Source: Vitrella brassicaformis CCMP3155 (lineage: Eukaryota > Protista > Chromerida). Taken from it: a stretch of 64,000 bases of DNA. The stretch covers positions 1 to 64,000 of the forward strand of contig CDMY01000356.1 of assembly GCA_001179505.1 (NCBI GenBank), in the 5' to 3' direction. The translations under genes and the position numbers were made by a program. The notes under the pieces are model-generated. The model ran no database searches. It was not told where the DNA came from and saw only the letters and a list, made by a program, of their open reading frames with translations. This document shows, one piece after another, positions 48,651-60,140 of this stretch. How positions within the stretch are numbered: the first letter of the stretch is position 1; each line of letters begins with the position of its first letter.

Positions 48651-51600
48651 ATGAATTCCCTCTTTCGCTTTCCGACGGATTCCAACCCGAGCGAGAGCCC
48701 TGCTCCGTCGCCCCTTTCGCCGATAATCAACTGGGTGAAGAAGCTCCGCCTGACAGTGTCGGGAGGGACCCAGCAGAGCACCGAGACAATTACCGAGACG
48801 GACAAGCAAAAGGGAAGCTGGTGGCCGTTTTCCCTCTTCACACCCAAGGACAGGCAGAAGCAGAAGGCTAACCGACACACACAAGTGAGTCAAGGAGGGA
48901 GGGAGGGAGGGAGAACATGCATGGATTTTCTCGGGCTGGGTGAGGAAACCTGAGGGCACGGTGTGCATGTTGTCTGTTTCTCTGCAGCCTGGCGGCCTCT
49001 CGCGGCCTGCTGGTGCACAAGGCGGCACTCAGGGCAGCAATGCCCGTACTGAACCCCCTCCAGGTCAGGAGAATCTCCACGCTACGAGCCACCCGTGACT
49101 GCTGCCTCTGTGTGTGTTGTGTGTTGTGTGTTGTGTCCTTTCCTTCCGTCAGTTCCGTTGCGCCAGAACCCTCACAGGTGGCTCCGTCGGCTGTCGCCCT
49201 ACTACCCATCCCCCTACCCAGTGCCCCTTTCCCAACCTCTGCGGAAGCAGTTCCTCAGGAACGCCCGCAAGGCCCTTCTCGACGCCAACGAACATGCACT
49301 CAAGTTCGGCTACCAGTGGGCGGCCAGGGACCTCATGCCAGCGCCCCAGACGGTCCCATCCACTGTCCCCCCGACCCCTCGGTACTGTGAGGTGTCGCTG
49401 CCCGCCGTGCGGCAGCTCAACATCAAGGCGGCTGTCGAGACGTTGGATATGCACCAGGCCCGCTTCGCGCGGGGGGCCAAGATCACCAGCTTCGCGCGTG
49501 GCGGGCTGCGCGACGGGGAGAGCACCGGCGGCTCGGTGTTCTTCTACGGTTCTGAGTTCGACTACACCCCCGGGCTCAAGGTCATTCAGCAGCAGGACCC
49601 CTACATGATGTCGCCGTATCGGAGCACCTGGAACAGGGTCAGGCTGACCCTGCACGCCGGCGACTGGGTGGACGTGTAAGTACCCAGCCACACACAACGG
49701 GCAGGCAGACAGGCAGGAGGGAGGGAGAAAGATATCGATCCATCCATCCATCCACCTATTTCTTCTCAATGTCAGGGCTCTCAAGGAGGACCCCGCGGCG
49801 ACCCTTCTCCTGACGTTCCTGCCCCACAAGCCCAGCAACCCCTTCGGCTTTCCTGGCATCGACCCCCAGGCCCTCTCACTGGCCACACACGTGGCGCAGC
49901 AGAAGACTCAACTCAAGGACTTCTATCTGGAGGACCGTGGAGGTCTCGTCGGCCGCTCGGACCTGTGCGAGCACCTGCGGACCGACACAGGATGGGGCGC
50001 GCTGTCCGGCTTCAAGTCGATCCAAGTGACCTACTGCGCGGGCGTCAACATCTACAGAGGGCGCGAGAGCAAGGGGTACCCGCTGTTGCCCAAGGCGGCC
50101 TGCCTGCCGGTGGCCATTGTTCAGCCCTCACCCGAGCAGTATCGCGCCAGCAAGGGAGGGACCATCGCCGAGGCTGAGGTGGCCATGACGGCCATGATCG
50201 AGGCGGCCCTCAGCGCGGCCATCATCAACAGCAAGACCACCGTCGTGGTCGACCTCGACAGCTTCGAGAGGCTGGGCGGCATTCTGTCGTGGAGCCGCAT
50301 TCTGGACAGGGTGGCCACCAACTTCTATATGCCCTATCGCTATATGCTCAGGCGCATGCTGCTGGTCAAGAGCTCACCCCTCGACGAGCCTCTGCACCCG
50401 GACCAAGGCTACACCGGCCGCATTGCGGCTAAGGGTGGCGTGGATGACTGCACGACTCAGATCGGGCGGCAGGTTCATGCTGATGAGCCGGGGTCGAGGT
50501 GGCCCGCCCCAACTCGCTTCGCGCTCGACTACTGCGACCTCTACACCGAAGAGGACATAGCCATGTGGCTGGCTGAGCTGGAGAACAGCACGGCGTCTCA
50601 GAACAGCACGGCCCAGACTCTCGACTATCAAGTAACCGGCTCAGCAATTGAGTCGTTCCTTCCATCGGCCCCTCGTCTCGCTGATGTTGGTCCTCAGCAT
50701 CACAAGCCGCCTCTGGTGGACGCCGCAGACGACACTGACCCATATAAGCAGCCGCCGCCCAAGGACCCTGCAGCACACAGGGAATGGGTGGACGCTATCT
50801 ATGCGCAATTCGTCCCAGACCCGAGCAGCCCCACCGGCTGGAAGAAGAAGGAGCGGCGGGACAGACTCGCGGGGCAGGAGAATGGCCAGGCCAGCTATGG
50901 CGGCCCCTCGCACAACGGTCACTACAACAACGGGAGTGGCGTCGGTCAGAACGGCTATAGCCATGGGTATGGCTATCAGGGTCTTCACAATGGCCCGGCT
51001 GGCGGGGGTGCGGGTCCCCTCAGCCCGTCTCAGCGGCTCGGCTACGGCAGCCCGTCGGAGAGACTATCGCAGCACAGCGGACGTGCGGTGGGTGTCAACG
51101 GCAGCGGCAACAGCGGCCCCCCCTCTCCCTCCCTCCTCAAGCGTCAGAGCGGCCCCAACTGCTTCACCACCCCTCAGGGTGCCTTCGAGTCCAACAAGTG
51201 GAAGATGGAGCAAGAGAAGCAGCACCATGCGCGGCTTGCCGAGTGGTACAAGGAGGGGGGATGGCTCAAGCACCATGTGGAGCAGAGCGACTGGTACAAG
51301 CGGCAAAAGGCCCAGCGGGAAGGCCGCTTGCCCACCTGGCAGAAGCTCATGGAACACCAGAGCCGCCCCAGCGGCAACGGGCACAATGGGCGGCGGAAGG
51401 GCCACCACAACGGCCACCGCAATGAACACATCGACAGGCGGCGCAGGACGGTCGGCGGCTACGTGTGCGAGCCCATCGCAAGAAACCCCGATGGATCGGT
51501 CAAGACTCACTTCAGCTGCAACGATTTCAGCTCTGTCCCTTTTGACCCCAACAAGTACAGTGGTGAGTCGGGCCAGAGGGAGCTGTTTCTGATCCGCAAC

Positions 51601-53233
51601 GGCCTCAAGCCCCCACCCCCCAACGAGCGACACTACATTGACGTGGACTATGTGCGGTCTAGGCGCCAGCACGACCCCAACTTTGCCCCTTGGGTTAGTC
51701 TGGGCACAGAGAGAGAGGGCGGCAGACAGCAGGCGGGGCAGCAGCCCAGTGGCAATGAGCGTCCGCGTGAGCAGCAGCAGCAGCAGCAGCCCGCGGTGAC
51801 GGCGAGCCGCCCGCGCATGACGCAGCCATCCCCTGCATACCGCCGCAGGTGGGAGGATGACGACTTGCCGGCAGACGGGAGGGGGCTCGGTATGGGCAAT
51901 GGGAATGGGTCCAAGCGGCCACGGCCACCAACAGGCGGCGGCGGGCGTCTTCTCAACGGCCCGGCAGCAGCGAGTGAATCGGCCAGTGCCTCGGCGAGTG
52001 CATCGGCCAGTGCATCGGCCAGTGCATCGGCCAGTGCATCGGCCGCGCAGCCATCGGTCCATGTGCCTCCTCCCTCGCCGCCGAGCCGACCCAAGAAGAA
52101 AGTGCGGTTCAATGAGGAGGTGCACATCGACGGGGAGGGGGTGGGCCGGCTGAGCGGCGGCCAGCCCGTGGACGAAGTGGATGAGGCAATGGTCGATACA
52201 GATCGCAGCTCCGAGCAGCAGCAACAGCAACAGCAGCAGCAGCATCAGCAGCAGCAAGGGTCTATGTCCAACGGAGTGTCGGCAGAGGAGCAGCAGACGC
52301 CCCAGCGCCCCGACAGGAGGAGTCGTGACGACGGCGAGGAAGGGGGGAAGACGCCTGGCGAGGCCAGCCAGCGGCCGTCCAAGCGTCGCCTATCACGCCT
52401 CGATGAATATCTCCAGGTGAGTGAGTCATATCTGTCGCACACGGCACGCACAAACAGACCGACAAAGGCACCAAACATGTGGATGGGCATGTCATGTCGT
52501 GTGTGTTGTGTTGTGTGTGCTCAACCTACTCTGCAGTCGCGGCCGTGTTTCCAGCCGTACAACCCCGAGGAGTGGCCCACGGCGTACGGCCCCGCCATGT
52601 GTCACCCCGACAGCAGCATGTCACCCGAAGAGCGCAGAGAACACGAGCACATCATGCTCCGGCGGCCAGCCATGAACGTCCAGAGCTGCCCCTTGACGGA
52701 GGAGCAGCAACGTGAAGTGGAGGAGTGGAAACGCAAGCTGGACCTCCCCCCTGTTCCCCTGTTCTCCGCACCCCCTGCTCAGCCCGCTGCTGCTGCGGCA
52801 GCCGCTGCTGCGACGGGTGGGGCGGCGGGTAGCATCTTCCAGCACAGCGAGCCTGCTGCGGCCGAGACCGGTGCAGCGGCCAGCACTGCTGGGGTCTCAT
52901 CTTCCACTCCTGGTGCGTCCACACACAGCCGTGTCATACACATGCAGAGAGGCACAAACGCATGCGGCACTTGGTGTGTGTGGGGCAGGTGTGTCGTCAT
53001 CGTCTGGAGCGGGAGCCGACACGAATGCGTCCACCGCAGCTGTGGTGTCGTCGAGCTCGGCTGCCTCTGCCTCATCGCAGCCCGCAGCTGCCTCGACCGG
53101 GGCTGCAACCAGTGGTGCGGCGGAAGCTTCGTCAGCCAACGCCGACGCGAAGCTATTTGTCACTGGCGTCTTCGGAGCGGTACCCTCTACGGCCGTCGAT
53201 CCGAATGAGAGTGAGCAGCAGACGAATGAGTGA
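48651..53233 (+). CDS. Large protein with a putative degenerate microbial-PARG (TIGR02452)-like macrodomain and a long low-complexity C-terminus
   Basis: Multi-exon model with a 2.6-kb exon (about 49775-52417). The core segment VTYCAGVNIYRGRESKGYPLLPKAACLPVAIVQP...MTAMIEAALSAAIINSKTTVVV...RMLLV resembles the PARG macrodomain by eye. G/N/Y/H-rich and Q/A/S-rich tracts follow. Confidence 0.6.
51970..52041 (+). repeat. 12-bp tandem repeat (GCCAGTGCATCG)-like x6 encoding ASAS
   Basis: gcgagtgaatcg gccagtgcctcg gcgagtgcatcg followed by three gccagtgcatcg units. Confidence 0.9.
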
Positions 53234-54086
53234 ATGCATGTGTGTGCGCTGCAGCATCGTGGTGGATGTGATGTGTGTTGATTCGTTCAGATCCGTTTGT
53301 GTCGGGTTTTGCGTCTGGTGGCGGCGCTCAAATGGCCAAATCCCGACGCATGAGGTGAGCGGACACACACACAGACATAGCGGCAGACACGCGACGACAA
53401 TTGAACTCGCCCGTCTCATTGCTGCCTGTCTGTCTGTTTGTGTGCGCCTTGTATTGGTCAATCATCAGGCGTGGAAGCAAGCCTTGAACGAACGAGGTGG
53501 AACCGACCGAGTCGTCCAGCAAGTGCCAATCACTATGCGGGTGCGAATTCGTCAAAGAATGTCAATCAAGCACGCACAAGATGCGGTGCAGCGTCCAAAT
53601 GATATGCATGGCCCGCGTGTAAAGACTGACTCACTGACTGACTGATAGATACGGCCGCTGGTGTAAGAGTGACGGTGAAGGTTGCTGGCGGACAGTTTTC
53701 GCATTTGTCGGGGTGGGGGTGCAACACGAAAATCGTGTGTGGGCGGCCTGCCCTGCGTGTGTCATCTTGGCGCCTGTGACCTGACCCTTCTCTAGTGAGC
53801 TCGCTTGAGAAGGGTCAGGTGCCAGAGCGCGATGTGACATGCACCCAGGGTAGAAGAAACGGGAAAAGAGCGATGATCGCAGACTGGCCGAACTTGCAGA
53901 AAGGAAGCAGGACATTTAACTTGACACACTCGCAACCATTCACATGGATGCACCGTGACGGTCCACGCCACGCCAGTCATCACAGCCCCGTATTCACACA
54001 CACACACACACACACACACAGCAGCTAGCACGCACCTAGGCTGTCTGTATCTACACACAGGCAGAATTAAACTAAAGATGCCACAC

Positions 54087-56161
54087 CTAAGCCTCTGCAT
54101 CCTCATCGGCAGCATCAGCGTCACCCACCAGCTCCTCACCCACCACCGGCCGCGACAGCCGGCCCACAAGCTCAGATAACAGAGAGCTCTTCACCCCTCC
54201 AGCAAAGGGATTCGCGGGCAGCCTCGCGACTCCCATCTCATTATTCCTGTCCTCCCCCACACCCTCATAATGCTCGCCACTGCCCTTGGCGTTGTCTTCA
54301 TGACGTGCTGAGTGGGGCCTTGCATCTCCCGTAACGTCATTCTGGACCAGCTGCTGGGCGCTGGGCTTGTCGAAGAAAGGTTCGTCTGTGGTGTCATCGG
54401 GTGTGGCGCCGGGAAGATGGCGGATGACGACAGGCAGTGGCTTGGTCCTGTAGCCGAGGACCAACTGGAGCTCACGAATCGTCTCGCGGCCCTGCTCCTG
54501 CACCTGAACGAACGAACACCACACGCGCATACACACACAGAGGTGACAACAACAAGGTTGGAGTATTGGTGTGGTGTTGTGTCGCGTGGTGTGGTTTTGT
54601 GTCTGACCTTTTTGTCGGCTTGGTGTATCGCCGACCCTATCGCACGGTGTTCTCCCCTCTGGCCATCATCTCCACCGACCGCACAGAACACCTCGAGCTG
54701 ATCGCCCCCCTCGCCTCTGATGACGGGAGGGCTCGACTGCGGTTCCTGCCCTTCGTCAGCCACAGGTTGCGGTTCCTCCGTCTGCTCATAGTGGATGGGT
54801 GGGGGAGGGGAGGGCTGTGTGGGTGGCTGTCGTGGTTGGAGCAGCAGCAATGCCTCAGCCCTTTTCATGTCCTCCACAGCTTCACTCAGATGCTGGCTGA
54901 CCGTCTTGACCACGGCAGAGATGGCACCTCCATCACCATGGCCTTCACGAGATAGCTTCGTGAGCCGCAGCGACGCCAGTGCCGACCCAAGGGAGATGTT
55001 GAGGCGATCGAGCGCCTGACACACGTCCATGACTGTGCCTCGCCCCCAACGCACGGCGCTCGGCGAGCCGTTCGCACGTGGGGATGGGGCGTCTCCCTGC
55101 GGCATCTGGGTGTAGCAGAGGGCCAGCTGAGCCCTCAGAGATGCCTTGCCAGAGGCCAAGGTCCGCTCAACTCTCCGCATAGCCGCAGCACACCGTATCT
55201 GGACCACCACCAGGCGGCGCACAAGCTCCAGCTGTGTGCCGAGCCCTCCATGCTGGTTGCTTGCGTCGGCTGCCTCCGCCACAGTGGCCTTGAGCTGACT
55301 TTGCACGAGTGAGCACACCAGCTGGAAGGCCGCCTCCATCCGCCCAAGCCCGCTCTTCAGTGACGACAGCGACAGAAAAACCATATCGTCTTCTGTGTCG
55401 TCCTGATGAGCATGTGGTGGCGGGAAAGCCTCTAAGGCGTCAGCAATCCCGATATCAACGCTCCCGCCTGCACTCAGCTGTCGGGCGGCCTCCCTCAGAG
55501 CGACCATGACGTCACTCGTGTGCTCATGGATCGCCCGGCGAAGACCCTTGAGCGCCATGAAGGCAAGGGCGCCCCTGCTGCTGGAGGACGCCTCAATGCG
55601 TGTGATGGGCGGCAGCACCTCGCCAAGCCGGAAGCCCCGGCGCACCAGCTCGACTTCCTGAATCCAACGTAGGGCCTCACGAGCCACTTTCCAGTAGCCA
55701 TCGTGCGCATCGATGGCGCCATTCAAGGAAGATGCCACTGAGCGGGTCACTTGGTAGAGCAGCACGGTGACAGACGACACTAGGCCACCGGCGAAACAGA
55801 GGATAGCGCCGCCCCACAGCAGTCCTCGCGCCGTCCCTCCCTGATAGTGGCGCCATGAGTAGACAGTCAGGAGGCTGAGGGCAAGTGTTGCAGCCGTCCA
55901 GCCCGTCGGACACAGCGCTCTCGTCGTGAAGCGTTGCCGCTCAGCATTCTCGTCGATGTGCGCCATGACATAATCGCCGTAAGCCTCAGCCAATGCCGCA
56001 GCCTTCGGCAACGTGGCCTCGTCTTTGCCGCCGTGTTCATCCACATCTCTTGGTTGGAGCTGGCTGGAGAGGGGCTGGGCATCAGTAGGGCCGCAGAGAT
56101 GGCCCTCTCCGATGGATTGCAGATACTCAGCCAGCGCACCGCTGCACACCTCCTCATTCAT
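54087..56161 (-). CDS. Vezatin-like (myosin-binding domain) membrane protein
   Basis: Two TM helices are followed by WIQEVELVRRGFRLGEVLPPITRIE (about 55592-55666), matching the vezatin signature QEVELVSRG[YF]R...LPPI[ST]R[IL]E. There is one clear intron (about 54503-54600). Confidence 0.78.
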
Positions 56162-56254
56162 GACGACTCAAATCGAAGCGATTCTTGTTTTAGAAGAGCC
56201 TCCTTAGCGTGGGAGGGTTGAGAGGCCTCCAACGAGGAGGGAACGGCCGGCTTA

Positions 56255-56264
56255 TTTGCGAGCT
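56255..56264 (+). promoter_or_regulatory. Candidate promoter motif TTTGCGAGCT (second GGCGAGCTT at 56272-56280) between vezatin and PUB-CAP
   Basis: Same paired TGCGAGCT/GGCGAGCTT content as the 8043-8064 spacer. Confidence 0.55.
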
Positions 56265-56293
56265 CATGTGAGGCGAGCTTGGCTTGGGGGGAG

Positions 56294-58362
56294 ATGGATA
56301 TGCTGCCGGAAGGGGAGATGTATGATGACAGCAAGGCAGCGCTCGATGAGCGTCGCCGCGTGCCGAGGCCGCGTCTTGAAGAGCCAGCAACCGACAACAA
56401 TGGCAGGCGGAACTCGTCCGCATCTGTGAGCGATGACCCGCCGCACATAGACACTCCCACCGGCAGACTGAGAGGTCCTGGTGATGGTGAAAGCCGCCTG
56501 GACCAAGATAGAGATGAGGATGACGACACCGTCGTGTGGCTGGCTGGCGCTGTGTGGAACCTGACAAGCATCGAGGACAGCGAGAAGCGGTCCAAAGCCA
56601 TCAAGATCCTACACACCATCGTCAACAACCTGTTGCTCGGTACGCGAAGCAAGCACGGCAAGGTGTTAAGTACATGTGTTCCGATGTGTTTGTGTGTGTG
56701 TTTGGTTCAGATTTCGACAAGTACTCATCCTTGAAGGCCAGTACGACAGCCTTTCAGACGCACATCGCCCCACATGCCGACTGCCTTCAAGTGCTGCTGG
56801 TAGGACGGGTGCACAACGCACACGCCCAGCACAAGGAGAAGGACCATAATCTCCCGGGTTACTCGCCTTCTGTGTCAGTGTGTGGGGTTTGAGGAGAGTA
56901 GCGGCGTGTGGAGGGCGGGGAGCCCAGAGCGGCATCTTCCCAACATATGGCTGGCCAAGATGCTGCTAGAAGATCTCAAGACAGAGCTCAGCATCATTCC
57001 GTCACGCAGCCCCTGCCGCAGCAATACGCCCAACCCCGAGAGCAGCTCAGCAGATGACTTCCTCGCCGCATCGCGTCGTGTACAGCAGGACGGCGGCAAG
57101 CTGAGTCGAGAGCAGCTGGCGGAACTCCATGCCAAAAGACTCGAAAAGGGCGGCGGTGGACGGGGGGTACCTGCTAGTGGTGAGGGAGCCACAGAGATGG
57201 ACGGACGGGCTTGTCTTGCTTGGGGTGTGGTAATGGATGTGTGTGTTGCGCTGCGTATGCAGGGATGAGAGCCAGGGAGCCTGTGCGCCTTGGTGGTCGG
57301 CAGAGCGGGGTGGGCCGCGGCCAGGTTGACCTGCAGGGGCAGCGAGAGGCCTACATCGCTGCCTCGCGAGCCAAGTACAAGAGCCGATGGCCAGCAAACG
57401 GAGGCGGCCCCAAGGTAACTTACCCCCCCACACAAACGCGCCATCCTGCGTCAACAAGACGGCCAGTCTTGGTGGTTGTTTCAGATCCGTGACGCCGACG
57501 GCAAGTGGATCCCCTACGTGCCCGCCGCCCCTCGAACCGAGCGCGATTCCTCCCTGCCCGCAGAGGAGCGCGCGAGGCCGCCCCCGGGATCGCTGCGTGA
57601 GCTGGGAGAGCGTGACAAGCGCCTGGACAGCACGCCGCAGTGGGACAGGGACGGCACGGTTTATCTTGGGTTCAAGGCCTTAGAATACACCAACGACTTC
57701 AGGCGAATGAACAGGCTCCCCCAGCTGGAGTGGTCCCAGGTGAGTCAAGGAGACAGAGGGGTGCATGGGAGGGAAACAAACGCTGCTTCCTTTCTGTCTT
57801 CTGATGATTGATGTGTGGTGGGTTTGCGTGGTTTGTGTGTGTATGCAGGCGCTTTGTCGGATCGCAGCTGAGCATTCGCGGGCCATGCTGTCAGGCAATG
57901 TGCCCTTTGGCCATCAGGGCTCTGACCGTCGGTTCTCGTCCTACCCCTTCCCATCTGTCAGCGCCGCCGAGAATGTGGCCTGGAACTCGGTCAGCAGTAA
58001 CAGCTGTCATGAGATTCTCGTGTTGTCATACATCATCTCGTGAATGCGTCTGCCTGTCTGTCTGTGTGCAGGGCCACAGCGGCGATGCGTCTGCCCGCGT
58101 GTGTGTCGATAGCTGGATTGGGTCTGACGGTACGCACTCACTCACCAGCAGAGAAGCGACATCTCAATTGTATGGCTCGCTTGTGTGTGGTTTGCTGGGC
58201 TGATGCATTCATTCAGGTCACCGCAAGAACATGCTGGGCGAGTTCAATGTGTGCGGCATCGGCGTGGCGCGGGACGCTGGCGGCCGCACCTACTTCACAC
58301 AGCTGTTTGGACACCGAATGTCGGGCGTGTACCAAGAGCAGCCCACAGTGCGGAATAGCTGA
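56294..58362 (+). CDS. PUB domain + CAP/SCP-like domain fusion protein, no signal peptide
   Basis: PUB-like: KAIKILHTIVNNLLL..DKYSSLK...FQTHI...CLQVLLCVGFEE. CAP: YTNDFRRMNRLPQLEWSQALCRIAAEHSRAM..PFGH..AENVAWN..WIGSDGHRKNMLGEFNVCGIGV...YFTQLF. Confidence 0.82.
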
Positions 58363-58668
58363 TGGGGGAGATGGATGCTTGATCTCTGTTTGGCTGGCGT
58401 GTGGGGCGCCGGGGGTGGTACACTGGCGGCCGTAGACGTCGGGATCGCGCTCTGAGCCGAGAGCGAGATTCCATCGTCATCGCCCGCCGTGCTGCCCCTT
58501 GTTCCCTCATGTCACACAGACAAGCGGCGAGTTCAGACAGCGGGGAGTTTTTCCTAGTGTGAGGTGAGCAGATGACTCTGCGGTGTAGATTTCGTGATGA
58601 CTGTACAGCGTGTGTACGACTGATGCGTTCTTTGCCTCAAATGCATGTCATTCACTTTCGCCTCTCAC

Positions 58669-58676
58669 TGCGAGCT
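58669..58676 (+). promoter_or_regulatory. Candidate promoter motif TGCGAGCT about 30 bp upstream of trmO
   Basis: Exact core octamer. Confidence 0.45.
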
Positions 58677-58705
58677 CAGAGTACGCTGAATGATTTGCCT
58701 CAAGG

Positions 58706-59880
58706 ATGCTCCCGGTGCTGCCCCTCGTCTACACCTCCTTCGCGTGGCAGATCTGCCAACTTCGTGAACAAGATCTGCCAACAAGCGCATCTCTCAGCAT
58801 CAACTTTTACCACGGACGTGGAAGGCTCAGGCTGACAGGAAGACGAGAAGTGGGGATGAATGGAGATGGCGATGCCGACAGCGAGAGCCAGCCGGGCGTC
58901 ATCCGCAAAGGCCCGCTTGCCCCTCGCAGGTTCTATGCGGAGGACGCCGACGTGCCAGAGGCAATCGAAATGCATCCTATAGGCGTCGTGAGGTCAGTCG
59001 AGTCCATCCATGTGACATGTTCTGTGCATGTGATGTGACATTGGTGTGTCAGATCCCCGTATAAGGAACGCTTTGGCACTCCACGACAGCCTGTTGTGAC
59101 GGAAGGGACACTCGGTGGCGTGAAGCAGAATGCGACGGTGCAGCTGTTGCGGGGGCACGGCTATGAGGCTTGCCTTGAAGATGTAGAGGGCTTTGAGCGG
59201 GTGTGGCTGATCACCTACATGCACCTCAATCAGGTCAGTCAGAGAATGAATGCCTCCACTGGGCCCTGCTTCTGCCTAACACACACATTGGCCCTCCTGT
59301 GTGTCTATGTAGGGCTGGCGCAGCAAAGTGCGTGTGTATCCACGGAAGCTGCCCCGTCGGCTAGGTCTGTTCGCCACGCGAGCCCCGCACCGCCCGAACC
59401 AGCTGGCTCTTTCGGCGGTCGAAGTGGTGGGGGTGGATGTGGACGCCGGCCAACTTCATATACTCGGACTGGACTTACTAGATGGGACGCCTGTGCTCGG
59501 TGAGTACCTACCTGGATGGATGCCCCCGCAGGTTGGTTGCTTTGTATGTGTGTGTGTGATGGGTGGGTGTGGTCTTGTGCAGACATCAAGCCTTATGTGC
59601 CCTATGCTGACGCATTTCCCGACTCGGCAGCTGGGTAACCAAGAGGAAATAAATACGCACTTGACCGATGGATGATGCCTGCAGTGTGTGCAATGTCCTT
59701 CGTGTGTCGATGACACGTGGGTGTGTGTGTGTATGTGTAGGTGGCTTGATCAGTATGACCGAGAGCAGCAGATGGGCAGGGATGAGTTCGGCCATGAACT
59801 GCCCCCTTGGTGTGCCGGCGATACTGGATGACGCCGTCCGTGTGACAATAGCCGACGATACGGTGGACAATCAATGGTGA
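58706..59880 (+). CDS. trmO: tRNA (N6-threonylcarbamoyladenosine(37)-N6)-methyltransferase TrmO (YaeB/TsaA family)
   Basis: MHPIGVVRSPYKERFGTPRQP, LEDVEGFERVWLI, GLFATRAPHRPN, LDLLDGTPVLDIKPYVPYADAFP..AGWLD. The start codon is uncertain (58706 or about 58859). Confidence 0.93.
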
Positions 59881-60140
59881 TGGGCGTGAGCGTGTGTGTG
59901 TGCATATGTATACATGTGTACTTGATGATGGATACATACTGACCGTTCCAGTGAGTGATGAACGAACGGGAGAAAGTGAACGCTCGATATGAAATCGACG
60001 AGAGATAGATCGCAACCGTATGTATCGTCGAATTAAGATGCTACGCAGAAAGTCGGCACGCAATGCCCCCACCACCACCACACACACCCCGTCCCCCACG
60101 AGCCACCCCTGCCGGCCCCTCAGTCAGTCTATGGAATGGA

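Noticed and set aside
59620-59638. Premature stop truncating TrmO (DSAAG*)
   Set aside because: The apparent TAA lies within a gtaacc donor. Splicing to the acceptor near 59740 restores the conserved AGWLD.
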